A DNA stretch of 64,000 nt from an uncultured Acidobacteriota bacterium (lineage in GTDB: Bacteria > Acidobacteriota > Thermoanaerobaculia > Gp7-AA8), in NCBI GenBank assembly GCA_963741955.1, contig CAVUKB010000007.1, positions 992,001 to 1,056,000 of the forward strand. The letters run 5' to 3'. Shown piece after piece: positions 18,955-28,385 of the stretch (positions within the stretch are counted from its first letter, which is position 1; every line of letters begins with the position of its first letter). A program made the position numbers and the translations under genes. The notes under the pieces are model-generated. The model worked only from the letters and a program-made list of their open reading frames with translations. It made no database searches and was not told the DNA's origin.

Positions 18955-21357
18955 TCAGTTGCGCGTCAGCACGTCGTGCATGAGATTGATGGCCACTCGT
19001 TTCGGGGCTTCGGGGAGTTTGAGCGTCGAGTCGACGCTGCCGCTCTGATTGCCGATCAGGAGTGCCGCGCCGACTTTCACTCGCTGGTCGCGGCCGAATT
19101 CGAGATAGATCGGAACGACGGTTCGGAAGGTCGGGGAGACTTCGGATTGGGTGATCGTTCCGTGGATGCGATACATCCCGTCGGGCTGCTTTTCCGCTGT
19201 GAGTTTCGATTCCAGTGAGGGGACATCCGTCCCGTACACCCACTGGTCGAAGAAATACTGCATGCTGCCGGTTCCGGCCGCCATCTGTGGCGTCATGGCC
19301 CTTTCCACGAATTTCTGGAAATCGGCGGTGGAAGGACTCTTCCCGTTTTCGGTGGCCACGAAGTCCTGGAGCATCCTGGCGAACGCCTCGTCGGGATTGG
19401 CGGCGTGGGGGTCGCGCATGAGCATTCGGAGCATGTGGAGCACATATGCCCCTTTCGAGTAGACGATCGTCGAATAGGCCCCGGGCGTCCATTGTGTCGA
19501 CAGACGTACGCCGTCCGTGATCGGTCCGGCTTCCTCAGCCGGACGCCCGCTTCGTTTGTCGAAGATCTCCTGTCGTCTGCGTTCCCAGTACCTGTCGCTG
19601 GAACCGGGTCCTTCGGTCAACTCGAGCACGAGCGCCGATGTGAATTCCGCAAAGCCCTCGGAGAGCCACTGATCACGGTAGGACTGCCATCCGACCTCGT
19701 GGCCCCACCACTGATGGGCGAGCTCGTGCCATCCGACCATCTTCGCGAACTCGTTCATATCCGTCATGCCGCGTGGCCCGAGGTGCTCTCCCATCATCGC
19801 CCGATCGACGCCGGCCGTGAGCGCGAGGCCGGGAAGATAGATCAGCGACGGCCATGACTGTCCGAAGCTCCATTCCGCCTGCTGGGTCACAGAGATGGGC
19901 GAGTACGGTGCGGTACCGAAGAAAACTCTTCCCACGCGCGTGGCGTTCTGAGCGTCGGCCATCGTGTCGCGCGCCTTTTTTGCGAAACTCCTCTCGGTGT
20001 AGACGTCGATCTCCACGCCTGCTTCCTTGTCGACGCGATGAATCTTTTCGAATCGGCCGTAGTTGAACCCTGCGATCCGCATCGGTTTCTCGCTCTCCCA
20101 GACCATGATCCGCCGGCCGCTTTCGGTCGTGTCGCTGGCCAGTTGACCGGTGGCGACGAGATCGTGGCGGGCGGGAAAGCGAAACGTGAGCTCGTACGAT
20201 GCAGTGTCGGCGAACGTTCCGACGTTCGGATACCAGCTCGACCGCGCACGGACCGAGTAGCTTCCGAGCCCGACCGGCCGCAACACGTCGGATCCCTCGT
20301 ACCGGATGTTCAGCTTCACCTCCCGTCCTTCGGCAAGCGGTTCGGGGAACACCACGGCCGCGTCGGCATCGGCCGCCATTTCGGTGAAGATGCGGGCGAA
20401 CCAACCTTTCTCGAAGTCTTCCTGGACGATCCCGAGCTCGACGTCCTTCCCGCCGATGGTCGCCGTTGCCTGACCGATTCGAAGTTTCGGGAGGATGTGC
20501 AAGGGGAGGACCCGGAGACCGGGTCGAGTCGTGCGGAGCGTAATGGTCGTGTCGCCGGTGATCGAGGTGTTGGAGGCGATGGTCGTGTCGACGACATAAT
20601 CGGTCGCATCGACGGGAAACTGCAGCGGCTTCCCGTGTCCGGCGGGCCATCCTTTACGGGATGAGGCGAGATACCAGAAGCCACCGTTGTTCTGGTCGAG
20701 TGAGAGGAGCGCCGACTCTTCGCCTCCGAACGATGCGAAGCTCGCGGTGACATTGCCGATCCCGAGTGGATCGACTGCGATGAGCGCTGGAGCGTATTTG
20801 TGCCCGTCGACCGGCGCGAGGAACACGCCGGATGACGGATTCGCGTCGAGAATGTCGCGGAGGATTCGAAGGTGGAGATTGATTTCGTAGTCTTTCCGCT
20901 GTCGCTCGAGGTACTCCCTGTAGATGTGGACCGCGGCCGGATCAGCGGGTCCGGTGGTCATGCGGCCAATCGACGCAATGTCGAACGCAGTGCGATCCGA
21001 GAAGAGAAGAACGAGGGAGTCGAACGTGTCGGAGAGTGCCCGGACATTCGGATCGCCGAGCACCACACCGAGGTGGCGACGCTCGGATTCGTTCGCGGGG
21101 ACGAGCTCATAGCTGCCTTCTCCGATGAAGACGGCGCCGAATGTGTGGCCGTCCACCGGAGCGAGGAAGTGGAAACTTCCCGTTCGGAAGTGGAACTGGA
21201 ACGCGTCGCGCGTGAGACCGAAGCCCTCCACTGCGACGATCCGGCCGTCGGGAAGCGCCGCGCGCAGGCTCTGGTACTCCGGAATCTCGGCCGGGAATGC
21301 GGAGAAGGTGAAGAGGAGCGAGAGAAACAGCAGTGCATGGGGCGCAAATCGGCGCAT
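18955..21357 (-). CDS. Secreted M1-family zinc metallopeptidase (gluzincin)
   Basis: Signal peptide; HELAHQWWG...WLSEGFAE; Y.KGA.VLHMLR. Confidence 0.88.
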   Translation of the reverse strand: MRRFAPHALLFLSLLFTFSAFPAEIPEYQSLRAALPDGRIVAVEGFGLTRDAFQFHFRTGSFHFLAPVDGHTFGAVFIGEGSYELVPANESERRHLGVVLGDPNVRALSDTFDSLVLLFSDRTAFDIASIGRMTTGPADPAAVHIYREYLERQRKDYEINLHLRILRDILDANPSSGVFLAPVDGHKYAPALIAVDPLGIGNVTASFASFGGEESALLSLDQNNGGFWYLASSRKGWPAGHGKPLQFPVDATDYVVDTTIASNTSITGDTTITLRTTRPGLRVLPLHILPKLRIGQATATIGGKDVELGIVQEDFEKGWFARIFTEMAADADAAVVFPEPLAEGREVKLNIRYEGSDVLRPVGLGSYSVRARSSWYPNVGTFADTASYELTFRFPARHDLVATGQLASDTTESGRRIMVWESEKPMRIAGFNYGRFEKIHRVDKEAGVEIDVYTERSFAKKARDTMADAQNATRVGRVFFGTAPYSPISVTQQAEWSFGQSWPSLIYLPGLALTAGVDRAMMGEHLGPRGMTDMNEFAKMVGWHELAHQWWGHEVGWQSYRDQWLSEGFAEFTSALVLELTEGPGSSDRYWERRRQEIFDKRSGRPAEEAGPITDGVRLSTQWTPGAYSTIVYSKGAYVLHMLRMLMRDPHAANPDEAFARMLQDFVATENGKSPSTADFQKFVERAMTPQMAAGTGSMQYFFDQWVYGTDVPSLESKLTAEKQPDGMYRIHGTITQSEVSPTFRTVVPIYLEFGRDQRVKVGAALLIGNQSGSVDSTLKLPEAPKRVAINLMHDVLTRN

Positions 21358-21622
21358 TGAAACCTCTCGATTCGGAATCAGCTGCAGGCCGATTCTACGA
21401 TGGGGATCGTGCCGCGCATTGTGATGCCGATCTCAGGAGTGTGTTCGGGCCGGCGAGGCGGTACGGCGGGGCTTCCGCAGAGTACTTCCGCGTCGCGCGG
21501 ATGGATACGCTGCCGCGCGGAGGGATTTTGATTTCCGCACTCCGCCGCTACTCGAATGGAAGCGACCGCTCATTGCTTCGGCAGCCGGACTGTTTCCGCC
21601 GCACGTGAGCCGTTCCCGTCGA

Positions 21623-22693
21623 TCACGCCACGCCGGCGTCGTCCAGTGCCTGGTCGAGATACCTCGCGGCGCTGACCAGGCCGAGATGAGTGAAGGCCTG
21701 GGGGAAGTTGCCGAGGTATCTCCCTGTGCCGTCCATCTCTTCGGCGAACAGGCCGACGTGGTTCGAGTAGCCGTGCATCTTTTCGAAAAAGAGGCGGGCG
21801 GTCTGGATGTCTCCGGCTCGGGCCAGACATTCGACGTACCAGTAGGAGCACATGCAGAAGGTTCCCTCTGTGCCGGCCAGCCCGTCGGAAGCCGCCTCCT
21901 CGACCCGGTAGCGATAAACGAGCGAGTCGTCCACGAGTTGGTGGCCAATGCCGGAGAGAGTGGAGCGCCATCGCGGATCCTTCGAAGAGACCAGACCGAC
22001 CATCGCCATGAAGAGTGTCGACGCATCGAGCGTGTCGGCTCCTTTGTGCTGGATGAATGCCTGACGCTTTTCGCTCCAGAAGTTTTCGTAGATCTCGCGG
22101 TAGATCCGATCACGCATGTCGTGCCACGCGACGAGCGGGGAGGGGAGTGAGCGGCGCCGGGCGATCCGCGACGCGCGGTCCAGTGCGACCCACGACATGA
22201 TCCGCGAGTAGAGGAACTCCTGCTGTCCGCCGCGAACTTCCCAGATTCCCTCGTCCTTACGCTCCCAGTTGCTCGCGATCCACTCCACCGAGCGGCTGAA
22301 CTTCTTCCACTGGTCGTAAGAGACGGGCTCGACGTACTGGTCGTAGAGGTCGATCATGTACATCAGCTCTCCATAGATGTCGAGCTGGAGTTGACCGGCT
22401 GCGCCGTTGCCGATCCGGACCGGAGACGAGCCTTTGTATCCCTCGAGGTGATCGAGGGTCTCCTCTTCGAGGTTGCTCCGCCCGTCGATGCCATACATGA
22501 TCTGCAGCTTTCCGTCGGGGGAGCCTTCGTAACGGTCCTCGATCCAGCGGACGAATCGCTCCGCCTCGTCATCGAAGCCGAGAGAGATCAGGCTCGCTGC
22601 CGTGAGTGAGCCATCGCGGATCCAGGTGAAGCGGTAATCCCAGTTCCGCTCTCCGCCGACCATCTCGGGGAGGCCGAACGTCGCGGCGGCGGC
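21623..22693 (-). pseudogene. N-terminally truncated glycoside hydrolase family 15 (trehalase/glucoamylase-like)
   Basis: AAATFGLPE.VGGERNWDYRFTWIRD, QLDIYGE, DEGIWEVRG, GNFPQAFTH. The frame upstream of AAATF loses similarity and hits TGA at 22708-22706; typical family members carry a long additional N-terminal region. Confidence 0.75.
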
Positions 22694-22970
22694 AGGTGGG
22701 ATCGATCACGCTTCCAAAGTGACTCGTCCACCGGCCGGATTCACCTCGTCCCGACGGCTTCGCCCCCGCCGCCTCCCATGGATGGTCGATTCGTGGTCGA
22801 ACTGCGGGTTTCCACAATCCGCGCCGCGGCTCTCTCCGGACAACTGATTCGGAAGATGAGCGGGCGGCGCACGGCGCGAATCGGCGGCAACCGCCACTTC
22901 CATACGTGAGTCTGAGTCGTACCCTCCAATCAGGCGAACAGGATCCACTTCAGCAATAAGGAAGCGAGTC

Positions 22971-23159
22971 AACCCGGACTATTCACGGGACCTCTGCTGC
23001 GGAGCGCGATCCGGGCCTCTCTGCGACGTCAGACGACGATTTTGCTTCTCAACGTAGTGCAGCGAAAACGCCTCCTCGCAAAATCGCCATCTACCTTGCA
23101 TCCATTCCGCTTTGCGGGATCGCACTCCTCGCGACGAAATCCGGTGAATAATCCCGGTT
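22971..23159. mobile_element. MITE-like element type C (~189 bp)
   Basis: TIRs AACCCGGACTATTCACGGGA / TCCGGTGAATAATCCCGGTT (17/20); shares CTCTGCTGCGGAGC, CCTTGCATCCA and CTCCTCGCGACGA with 12946-13128. Confidence 0.7.
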
Positions 23160-23259
23160 AAAGGAAACTCCTCGTCCGGTCCGGGCCCGGAATTCGCACT
23201 TCACCCGAGGCGAGTCGAGCATCGAGCTCGACGGAGGATGAAATTCGAGGTCGTATTCG

Positions 23260-24465
23260 TTGAAAAGGGTCATTGCTGCAGCAGTCTTCTTCACCTTCTT
23301 CGCCGCACTCGCAAGTGCTTCGAACCTCCCGGGATTTCGCGCGGAAAAAGTCGCGGGCACGTCGGGATTTCTCACCTCGCTGACCTTCGACTCGAAGGGT
23401 CAGATCTTCTATTCGATCACTACCGGTGAGATCTACCGCCTCGACGGCGAAGTGAGCGTCGAGCTGACGAAGGTTCCGACAGTCAGCCTCGGGGACGCGA
23501 ATCTTCTCGGCATCGCGATCCTGGACGACGATCACGTCGTCGCGCACTACGTCAGTCCCGATCTGACCACCGACGTTCTTTCCAAGGTGGACCTGCGAAA
23601 CGGAGACGAGCAGTGGATCACCCGCTTTCCTTGCGACGACGGCCGGCCGTGCTCGAGCGAGCATCACGGCGGCAATCCGACCGTCGCTCCGGACGGGAGC
23701 ATCTACTTCGGAATAGGAGATTACGGCGGAGGGATCCGCGCGCAGTACGTCGAGTATCCGGCGGGAAAGATCTACCGGATCTCGCCTGAAGGGGAGGCGA
23801 CGCAGTTCGCGCGCGGGGTGCGGAATCCGTACGACATGGTCTGGGATCCCGCCCTGCAACGTCTCATCGTCGGAGACAACGGGGCCGTCGGAGACGACGA
23901 GATCACGATCGCTGCCCCCGACGACAACCTCGGATGGCCGGTGATCTCGGGCTACCAGGCCGAGAGCGGAATGGTGACGCCTGCGTACGTCTTCCCGGAG
24001 ACGGTCGCGCCGACCGGCGTCGCACTCCTCAGCGCGAGAGGGGCATTTCCGGGAGGGCTGGTCGTCGCCTCGTTCGTGACTCACGCGCTCTACTACTTTC
24101 CCGATCTCGCTCCGCGGCCGCTTGCCGATCCGATTCCGCTGGTGATCGGATTCGATGCTCCGGTGATCGACGTCGCGCAGTCTCCCTCTGGAGCGATCTA
24201 CTTCGGAACACCCACCGCGATCTATCGTCTCGACGTCCCCGCGAGGGGCGACTGCAATGGCGATGGACGGATCGACGGAGCGGATCTCGACGCGCTCCTC
24301 CATGAGATCGGCGATGGGGACGGGACGGCGACGCTCTCGGCTCAGGACGGCTCGTTCTCCGGGAGCTGGGGATGCGACGTCGACGGAAACGGGTCGATCG
24401 ACATGACCGACTTCTACGCACTCGCGAAGGAAGTCGGGAAAAAGTGGCGCGGTGTGAGGCGGTGA
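23260..24465 (+). CDS. Secreted PQQ-dependent sugar dehydrogenase-like beta-propeller with C-terminal dockerin-like domain
   Basis: Signal peptide; H.GG....PDG.IYFG.GD, GKIYRI, GVRNPY, DNG...DE, N.GWP; C-term GDCNGDGRIDGADL / DVDGNGSIDMTDF. Confidence 0.85.
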   Translation: MKRVIAAAVFFTFFAALASASNLPGFRAEKVAGTSGFLTSLTFDSKGQIFYSITTGEIYRLDGEVSVELTKVPTVSLGDANLLGIAILDDDHVVAHYVSPDLTTDVLSKVDLRNGDEQWITRFPCDDGRPCSSEHHGGNPTVAPDGSIYFGIGDYGGGIRAQYVEYPAGKIYRISPEGEATQFARGVRNPYDMVWDPALQRLIVGDNGAVGDDEITIAAPDDNLGWPVISGYQAESGMVTPAYVFPETVAPTGVALLSARGAFPGGLVVASFVTHALYYFPDLAPRPLADPIPLVIGFDAPVIDVAQSPSGAIYFGTPTAIYRLDVPARGDCNGDGRIDGADLDALLHEIGDGDGTATLSAQDGSFSGSWGCDVDGNGSIDMTDFYALAKEVGKKWRGVRR

Positions 24466-24921
24466 GAGAGGCGGATCTCCCGTCGGAGCTGGTGGAGCGT
24501 TCTCCTCAGGAACAGTGCCGCGAACGCACCGCCGTCGGCTTCGATGACGACATCATTTGCTATGGATTGAGCGGACGCCTTTGCTCAGAGACGGTGGGGG
24601 TAGGCAGAATGGTCAGCGGCTCCGACGTCGATCTCAATTGCGCGAATTGCCATGGAGCGATCGGGTATCGCTCCCGGAACCGGTGTCGTAGCCGGTGTGG
24701 ATCGCGGCTTCGATGGCGACTTTATTTGCGCGATTTGAAACCCGCCGTTGAGGATACGGGTCGTTTGAAATATCAGAGCGCTCGATTCTCCGCTTACCGA
24801 GAGACGACCTCACGCGACAAGCGCCACGACTGCGATCTGCATTTTTCGCATTGGCCGCGGTCGCGATGAACCTGGTGTTCTCGCCACCGCCATCCGGCCA
24901 TCCCTTCTCCGACCGGATCGG

Positions 24922-25347
24922 CTAGGGGCACGCTCCGGGACCGTCGAAGATGATCTTCCATGTTCCGTCCGCCTGTTTCTGCCAGATCGACGAGTAGTAG
25001 CCGAGGAGTTTTCCTTCCGGGTCGTGAATCGGACCGGTCGACAGGGCCAGGTCTCCAGCGGCGTTGGTGACGACCCGCTCCGGTTCCCAGCTGAACGGAG
25101 GGGTCTGTTTCTTCAGGTACTCCGACCAGACCTGGCGAATCTCCGCCTTTCCGGAGAGATCTCGCCTGGCGGAGAGGAAGTGAGCGTCGTCGGCGACGAA
25201 TGCGAAGAAGGCGTCGGCGTCGCGATCCGCGAACGCTTTCGCGAAAGCGATCTCGGTGTTGCGGGCTTCGCTCGCCGGCTCGGCGGCGAGGAGGATCGCA
25301 GGAAAGAGGATGAAGAGGACCCCCGAAAGCGCGGCCATTCTTTTCAT
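24922..25347 (-). CDS. Secreted NTF2-like (DUF4440/YybH) protein
   Basis: Signal peptide; E.AFA.A...D..AF, FSWEP, GDLA.S.G, SIW.KQ.DG.WKIIFD. Confidence 0.85.
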   Translation of the reverse strand: MKRMAALSGVLFILFPAILLAAEPASEARNTEIAFAKAFADRDADAFFAFVADDAHFLSARRDLSGKAEIRQVWSEYLKKQTPPFSWEPERVVTNAAGDLALSTGPIHDPEGKLLGYYSSIWQKQADGTWKIIFDGPGACP

Positions 25348-25559
25348 GGGAGAGATCATGGTCGGGTCCGGGAGAGGTGGCGGAGACGATCCGGTGAACG
25401 TGCAGCGGCCGTGAGTTGAGAAATGCGGGTCAGCCGCCCGGTTCAGCCGGCGCGGATGAAGAGCGCGGCGAGGGGGAAGGATAGTCGGTTCAACGGCGAC
25501 GGAGGGAGTCGGGGAGCGCCGACGGACGACCCGCCGGCGTCCCATGAGGAGCGTGTGCG

Positions 25560-25991
25560 TCAGGCCTCGGCCCGGGCGCAGGTCTCGTCGAACGACTGGA
25601 CCAGCTCGCGAGCCACGTCGTGGGCCTCGCGACCCTCGATGTTGTGGCGCTCCCAGATCCGGGCGACTTCGCCATCGCGGAGAAGCGCGATCGACGGAGA
25701 CGACGGGCGGTATCCGGTGAAGTAGGAGCGGGCGTGCCTGGTCGCTTCGACGTCGTTTCCGGCGAAGACGGTGATCATCTCGTCCGGAAGGCACTTTGCG
25801 GATTCGAGTGCCATCGCGACGGCGGGCCGGGCCATGCCGGCTGCGCAGCCGCAGACGGAATTGACCACCACCAGGACGGTCCCTTTCCTTTTCCCGAGAA
25901 CCTGCTCGACCTCTTCGGCGGTGCGGGTCTCTTTGATTCCGATGCTGGTGAGCTCTTCGCGCATCGGCTGAACCAATCTCTCATCGTACAT
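25560..25991 (-). CDS. BrxA/BrxB family bacilliredoxin (YphP/YqiW)
   Basis: VQPMREELT..G, VVNSVCGCAAG.ARP, TVFAG.D.EAT..AR, PSSPS.AL. Confidence 0.92.
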   Translation of the reverse strand: MYDERLVQPMREELTSIGIKETRTAEEVEQVLGKRKGTVLVVVNSVCGCAAGMARPAVAMALESAKCLPDEMITVFAGNDVEATRHARSYFTGYRPSSPSIALLRDGEVARIWERHNIEGREAHDVARELVQSFDETCARAEA

Positions 25992-26068
25992 GGGCGATAC
26001 CTCCTTCCTGCGTCGCGAACAACGGAGCGGCGCAGCGGATTATTCGCCCGGCCGGCCCCGGGAAAACT

Positions 26069-26611
26069 TCAGCTCGCCGGTGGTCCGGGGACGATCACTC
26101 CGCACCCGACCCGCGGTCCCGCGTTCCCTGAGGGTTGCGAAACGAAGTCGTCCGGATCGGCATGCACCACGACTGCGCGACCGGTGATCGAGCGGGGCCC
26201 GTCGGTCACGGTGATCGAGCTGGTGGTCATGCTGGTGTGCACCTCGCCGTTCGCGTTGGCGGTGACGTTGCCGAGATCGCCGGCGTGATGTGTCGCCGCC
26301 GCGGGGCTGCCGTGCGGGGCGCCGGTGGGATTGAAATGCCCCCCCGCCGACGTCGCGTCGGCCGCGCTGCAGTCACCCTTTTCGTGAACGTGAAATCCGT
26401 GCTCACCGGGCGTGAGTCCGGTCAGGTCGACGTCGACCCGGACCTGGTTCTCGCCGAGCTGCGTGAACCGGACGGTGCCCTGCACGTCCGAGCCGCTCTT
26501 CGGCTCGATGCTGGCGGTCGCCGTGGGAGCGGGCGCGCGGTGCGTGGCGCATCCGAGGGCGAGGAACAGACCCGCGAGGGAGAGGAGAGAGAAGAGGGGG
26601 AGCTTTCTCAT
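26069..26611 (-). CDS. sodC: Cu/Zn superoxide dismutase, lipoprotein
   Basis: Lipobox LALGC; HGFHVHE.GDC, SAGGHFNP, H.GDLGN, GRAVVVH..DD, GNAGPR.GCG. Confidence 0.95.
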   Translation of the reverse strand: MRKLPLFSLLSLAGLFLALGCATHRAPAPTATASIEPKSGSDVQGTVRFTQLGENQVRVDVDLTGLTPGEHGFHVHEKGDCSAADATSAGGHFNPTGAPHGSPAAATHHAGDLGNVTANANGEVHTSMTTSSITVTDGPRSITGRAVVVHADPDDFVSQPSGNAGPRVGCGVIVPGPPAS

Positions 26612-26791
26612 GGTGAACCTCCGCATGCGTTCGTCGTGCGATGTGCAGACCTGACCCGCAGGAAGGCATGCAAGCATCGGACCTCGATGGGGTGCGACAA
26701 TTGTAGACTGTGGAGGTTCGCGAATCCACGATCCTCTCGAATCCGTCGGATGACGACGCTCTTTCTCGCCGCTCACCGCTCACCGCTCGCG

Positions 26792-27181
26792 TCACGCGTA
26801 CACCGTCACCTGCCGGGATCGCGGTCCGTCGAGCTCGACGAAGTAGACCCCCTGCCAGCGCCCCAGCTCCAGCCGTCCATCGCGGTACGGGATCTGGAGC
26901 GATACGCCGATGATCGACGAAAGAAGGTGGGCATCCGAGTTTCCTTCCCCGTGGTCGAAGCGGACGTCCGGAATCATCGCGCGGAGGGCCCGGACGAGGT
27001 CCGACGGGACGTCGGGATCCGCGTTCTCGTTGATGGTCAGCGCGGCCGTGGTGTGCGGAGTGAAGACGGTACAGATTCCGTCGCCTCCGGCGACCTTCGC
27101 GAGCGCGTCCTGCACCTCGTCGGTGATGATGACGATCTGGATCGATTCGGCGGTCCTCACGGTGAAGGTGTGAGATTTCAT
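26792..27181 (-). CDS. yjbQ: YjbQ/UPF0047 family protein
   Basis: HTTAALTINENADPDV..D, H.EGNSDAH, LG.WQG.YF.ELDGPR.R. Confidence 0.93.
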   Translation of the reverse strand: MKSHTFTVRTAESIQIVIITDEVQDALAKVAGGDGICTVFTPHTTAALTINENADPDVPSDLVRALRAMIPDVRFDHGEGNSDAHLLSSIIGVSLQIPYRDGRLELGRWQGVYFVELDGPRSRQVTVYA

Positions 27182-27257
27182 GAGGAAAGCATAACCACTT
27201 CGGACCTCGCGATCCGAAAATCGAAATCGCTCGCGGGCTCGGCCTTATAATCCGAGC
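27182..27257. promoter_or_regulatory. Back-to-back divergent -10 elements driving probable leaderless transcripts
   Basis: TATAAT (27246-27251) is 6 nt before ATG 27258; TATGCT on the minus strand (27193-27188) is 6 nt before ATG 27181. Confidence 0.55.
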
Positions 27258-28376
27258 ATGCTCAGAGTGGTGGTCGAGAAGCGCGGAGAGCTCCTCCGGG
27301 ACGAGGTTTTTCCCGGAGATCTGATCGTGGTCGGACGCGATCCGGCATGTGATCTTCTCCTCGACGACTCGTTCGTCTCGGCCCGGCACCTCGTGATCAG
27401 GCATGATGCGGACGCGAGGGACTTCCGGCTGTTCGATCAGAGCGTCAATGGGACGTTCTACGACGACCAGAGAGTGAGCACGCTCCGCTTCGACGCGCCG
27501 ACCCGGATTCGGATCGGGAACTTCGCCCTCACTCTGATCCCGGTGCGGCATTCCGATACCGCAGAGGCGCCGGTGGATCTCTATGCACCGACGGTACAGG
27601 AGCGGATCCCGACGGAAGAAGCTCGAATGCCGACGATGCCGCATCGCCAGATGCCGGCGCCGCTGATCGCCGGAGAGGTCGAACTGAGGACAAGCTCGGT
27701 GAACGGAGAGGTCCGCACTCTGGTCTTCGCCGGATCGGTCCTGATCGGCCGTTCCCCGGAGTGCGATCTACGGTTCGAGTCGCGCGAGATCTCACGGCGT
27801 CATTGCATGATCTCTCCGGGAGAGAGCGGATACCTCGTGAGACGGCTCTCCGACAGGAATCCGGTCGAAGTGAACGAGCGCTCCCTCGCGCCGGGAGAGA
27901 GCATGCCCCTTCGCGACGGAGACGTGATCAGACTCTGCGACGAGGAGCTCCTCTTCCTTCACCCGGCGACGCAGAGCAGCCGGGCGGCGAAGATGCAGCT
28001 GGCCCGCGAAGCGGCTCCGAATCTCGATCTGGTGGTCACCCCGCGCAGCTGCTCGGACGGATCGATCCGCGCGTTCGACGTGATCGGCTTTCTCGGCGTG
28101 AAGACCGCGCAGAAATTCGAAGAACAGATGCTGATGAATGTCGGGATGTCCGGCCGGGTGCTGGTGGATCTCGGCTACCTGGTCGGCATCGACAGCGCGG
28201 GAATCGCCACTCTCGGCCGGGTGATTCGCGACGCGGAACGGAGGAACGTTCCGATTCAGCTGATCCGGGTCACCCCGCGCATCGCGGATCTCATAGCCCT
28301 CTCGCCGCTCGAACCGGTGCTGAGCGGGTACATCTCGAATACGGAAGACACTGCGATCCGACGCCTGATCGCCTGA
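27258..28376 (+). CDS. FHA-FHA-STAS domain protein
   Basis: Two FHA motifs (VGRDP.CD..L....VSARH...S.NGT; IGRSP.CD......ISRRH...S.RN) and a C-term STAS domain (VLVDL..L..IDSAGI). Confidence 0.88.
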   Translation: MLRVVVEKRGELLRDEVFPGDLIVVGRDPACDLLLDDSFVSARHLVIRHDADARDFRLFDQSVNGTFYDDQRVSTLRFDAPTRIRIGNFALTLIPVRHSDTAEAPVDLYAPTVQERIPTEEARMPTMPHRQMPAPLIAGEVELRTSSVNGEVRTLVFAGSVLIGRSPECDLRFESREISRRHCMISPGESGYLVRRLSDRNPVEVNERSLAPGESMPLRDGDVIRLCDEELLFLHPATQSSRAAKMQLAREAAPNLDLVVTPRSCSDGSIRAFDVIGFLGVKTAQKFEEQMLMNVGMSGRVLVDLGYLVGIDSAGIATLGRVIRDAERRNVPIQLIRVTPRIADLIALSPLEPVLSGYISNTEDTAIRRLIA

Positions 28377-28385
28377 GGAGCCCTC

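Noticed and set aside
24466-24921. Possible gene or RNA in the gap after the dehydrogenase-like gene (165-aa ORF)
   Set aside because: No RBS, motifs, tRNA-like or repeat structure recognised
25417-25432. TGAGAAATGCGGGT matching the type B TIR
   Set aside because: Short isolated match with no partner end or core motifs
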